From the IMG/VR virus record IMGVR_UViG_3300032326_002378: 20,000 nt of DNA. One strand, given 5' to 3'. Numbering within the stretch: the stretch's first letter is position 1; every line of letters begins with the position of its first letter. Made by a program: the position numbers and the translations under genes. This document shows, one piece after another, positions 18,379-20,000 of the stretch. The notes below the pieces were generated by a model that saw only the letters and a list, made by a program, of their open reading frames with translations, had not been told where the DNA came from and did no database searches. Source of the DNA: an uncultured virus (IMG/VR IMGVR_UViG_3300032326_002378). Lineage: Duplodnaviria > Heunggongvirae > Uroviricota > Caudoviricetes.

Positions 18379-18780
18379 ATGAGTATTTTTGTTAATCCAG
18401 AAGAAACATTTCCTATTGTAGTGAAATTAAAAGTTAAGAATGAAGTTGATGGCGTAATCACTTCAATCAAAATATGCAAACCAGATGAAGAGGGAGACGA
18501 TATTATTTCATTAATTTGTGATGCTAAAGGAAGAGATTTTGAAACAATGTCTCAGATTTTAGAAGAAGCAACAATTATCAATGCAGTAACTGGCAACCCT
18601 ATGGTCAGAACATATATTTTATGTAAATTGATTATTTTAAGCTTCTTTAAATCATGGAACTTGAAAGACTCAGAAACTGGAAACTTAATTCCTATTACAA
18701 ATGATAATATTGGAAAAACTAGGCATGAAATTATTAGGGCGTTAGCTCAAGAATGGCTTAAGCTTACAAGTGGAAAATAA
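18379..18780 (+). CDS. Putative tail assembly chaperone
   Basis: 133 aa directly after the tube gene. C-terminal FKSWNLKDSETGNLIPITNDNI..L-type pattern (W.L.D..G..IP.T..NI). AAGGA RBS. Confidence 0.6.
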   Translation: MSIFVNPEETFPIVVKLKVKNEVDGVITSIKICKPDEEGDDIISLICDAKGRDFETMSQILEEATIINAVTGNPMVRTYILCKLIILSFFKSWNLKDSETGNLIPITNDNIGKTRHEIIRALAQEWLKLTSGK

Positions 18781-20000
18781 TGTTAGAATATACAAATAAT
18801 GTTTACAATGGGGTACCTGCAAAGGGGCATAGCTTATATGTTATGGCCTTTAATGACTTTAACCCTAGAATAAACAATTTGTTCAGAATCTCACTTGGTT
18901 CCGGTTACACACTCAATACAAGCAAAAAAACTATCCCAGGCTTTGTTCTTGATTTATATGACTTGCCTAATAGAATGCCAGGGGTTGAATTACGTCAAAT
19001 TGAACTTGACGGAGTAAGTACACAAAGAGCAGCTTTTCCTTTTGATACTGAGAAATATCATAGATTGTGGGCTACTAATTTTTCTGATGATGCTGGTTCT
19101 AAGGTATTTCAAAAATTAGAATCATTTTGGCCATTTGCTTTAGACAATAAATTAAAGTTTTCAGAACAATCTTACACAATACCAAGCATCAAGTTCTCTC
19201 CTCTTATTTCAGAAGATGGTGCTAATCAACAATCATCAGCAGAAAATGTAATCTATAAAGCCTCTATCGTTCCAATGTTTCCGCTAATGTTTGTTACCAG
19301 CGTGTCCAATCACTTTACATATGGCCCTGTATTTATGGAATCATTTTCTATAGATTTAAATGGATTTAATAGTTTCAAAGAAGTAGAAATATCATGTAGA
19401 TTTGTAGGTGGTAAATCATTTATAAGCCCACCAGATATTCCAATTATAGAACCAAACAGAGCAGTGCCAAAAACTGTTTCTTACAATGGAAGTGAACCAG
19501 AAGAGATACTTGATTATAGAAATTATAGATTGGCTTCTATGCAAGATTGTTTGGTAAGTACAACAATATTTGATGCTCCCCAAAGTTTTAAAGCATTAAA
19601 GAAATTGTTATTTGAAAAAGCTAAAGTCAAAGCACCTACTTCTCAAACAAAAGATCAAAAAAACATAGTAATTTCAACCAAAACAGTGACAAGTAAAGTT
19701 ATTGCCATGAGTTTAAACATCAATCAAGGCATAGAATTAAAGTTCACTACTCCATATGCTGAAGGTGTTTACTTAGGGGATTTAGTTGGACCGAAATATG
19801 CTGCTCTTAAAACTAGAACTGTAACTGGAACTATTTCAATATACAGAGCTAAGGTTTCTAATTATCTTGATGTTTATCCAGAATCACCATTGACTATGTA
19901 TTTTGGAAACAATTTCTTATTTCATTTTAGAAACGTAGACTGGGGAAATCCAAGTTTTTCATTAAGTCCTGAAGGTGGTGAGATACATACTTGGTCTTAG
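18780..20000 (+). CDS. Second, divergent tail tube-like paralog
   Basis: TAATG coupling. GPVFMESFSIDLN...VEISCRF, VIAMSLNINQGIELKF...RTVTGTISIY and LTMYFG.NFLFHF.NVDW align in order with the 17020 protein. TAG at 19998-20000. Confidence 0.55.
   Translation: MLEYTNNVYNGVPAKGHSLYVMAFNDFNPRINNLFRISLGSGYTLNTSKKTIPGFVLDLYDLPNRMPGVELRQIELDGVSTQRAAFPFDTEKYHRLWATNFSDDAGSKVFQKLESFWPFALDNKLKFSEQSYTIPSIKFSPLISEDGANQQSSAENVIYKASIVPMFPLMFVTSVSNHFTYGPVFMESFSIDLNGFNSFKEVEISCRFVGGKSFISPPDIPIIEPNRAVPKTVSYNGSEPEEILDYRNYRLASMQDCLVSTTIFDAPQSFKALKKLLFEKAKVKAPTSQTKDQKNIVISTKTVTSKVIAMSLNINQGIELKFTTPYAEGVYLGDLVGPKYAALKTRTVTGTISIYRAKVSNYLDVYPESPLTMYFGNNFLFHFRNVDWGNPSFSLSPEGGEIHTWS

Noticed and set aside
18765..18782. 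Programmed -1 frameshift at the end of the tail chaperone
   Set aside because: T GGA AAA is not a canonical X XXY YYZ heptamer, and the next ORF has its own coupled ATG and looks tube-like rather than like a chaperone extension.
19998..20000. TAG recoding or premature stop in the last gene
   Set aside because: TAG ends several genes cleanly (303, 6265, 6823, 7543) and long ORFs are uninterrupted, so the standard code fits. The protein ends slightly earlier than its paralog, but downstream sequence is not visible.
1..20000. CRISPR array, tRNA, intron/intein, DGR repeats, IS elements
   Set aside because: No regularly spaced or long nucleotide repeats seen by eye, intergenic gaps are tiny or very AT-rich, and no RT, transposase, homing endonuclease or intein motifs were recognised.
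1..20000. Eukaryotic giant virus, or contractile injection system/tailocin origin
   Set aside because: SD sites, gene coupling and an intrinsic terminator indicate a prokaryotic host. Head-tail adaptors and the absence of a sheath gene argue for a tailed phage.

Overview
AT-rich, gene-dense, entirely + strand segment that reads as the virion morphogenesis region of a large tailed bacteriophage (standard genetic code, Shine-Dalgarno sites, TAATG/TGATG gene coupling, one intrinsic terminator). Gene order: 3' end of an acidic protein; terminator; putative FN3-like/head-tail adaptor fusion; a lower-GC four-gene cassette (two divergent GT-A-like proteins, an NPCBM-GT8-degenerate methyltransferase fusion, and a T4 Rnl1-like RNA ligase carrying a Cys-rich insert); a hypothetical protein; a double zinc-ribbon protein; a PHP-fold protein lacking its metal ligands; a Mu gp36/DUF1320-like adaptor; a tail-terminator-like protein with a zinc-finger insert; two large, partly paralogous tail/baseplate-type proteins (one with fibre-like repeats and PA14) flanking a hypothetical gene; and two tail-tube-like paralogs flanking a tail assembly chaperone. 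The most interesting features are the candidate virion-glycosylation cassette with its odd RNA ligase and the recurring apparently inactivated enzyme folds inside a structural module. All calls are from motif recognition by eye; no database searches were run.
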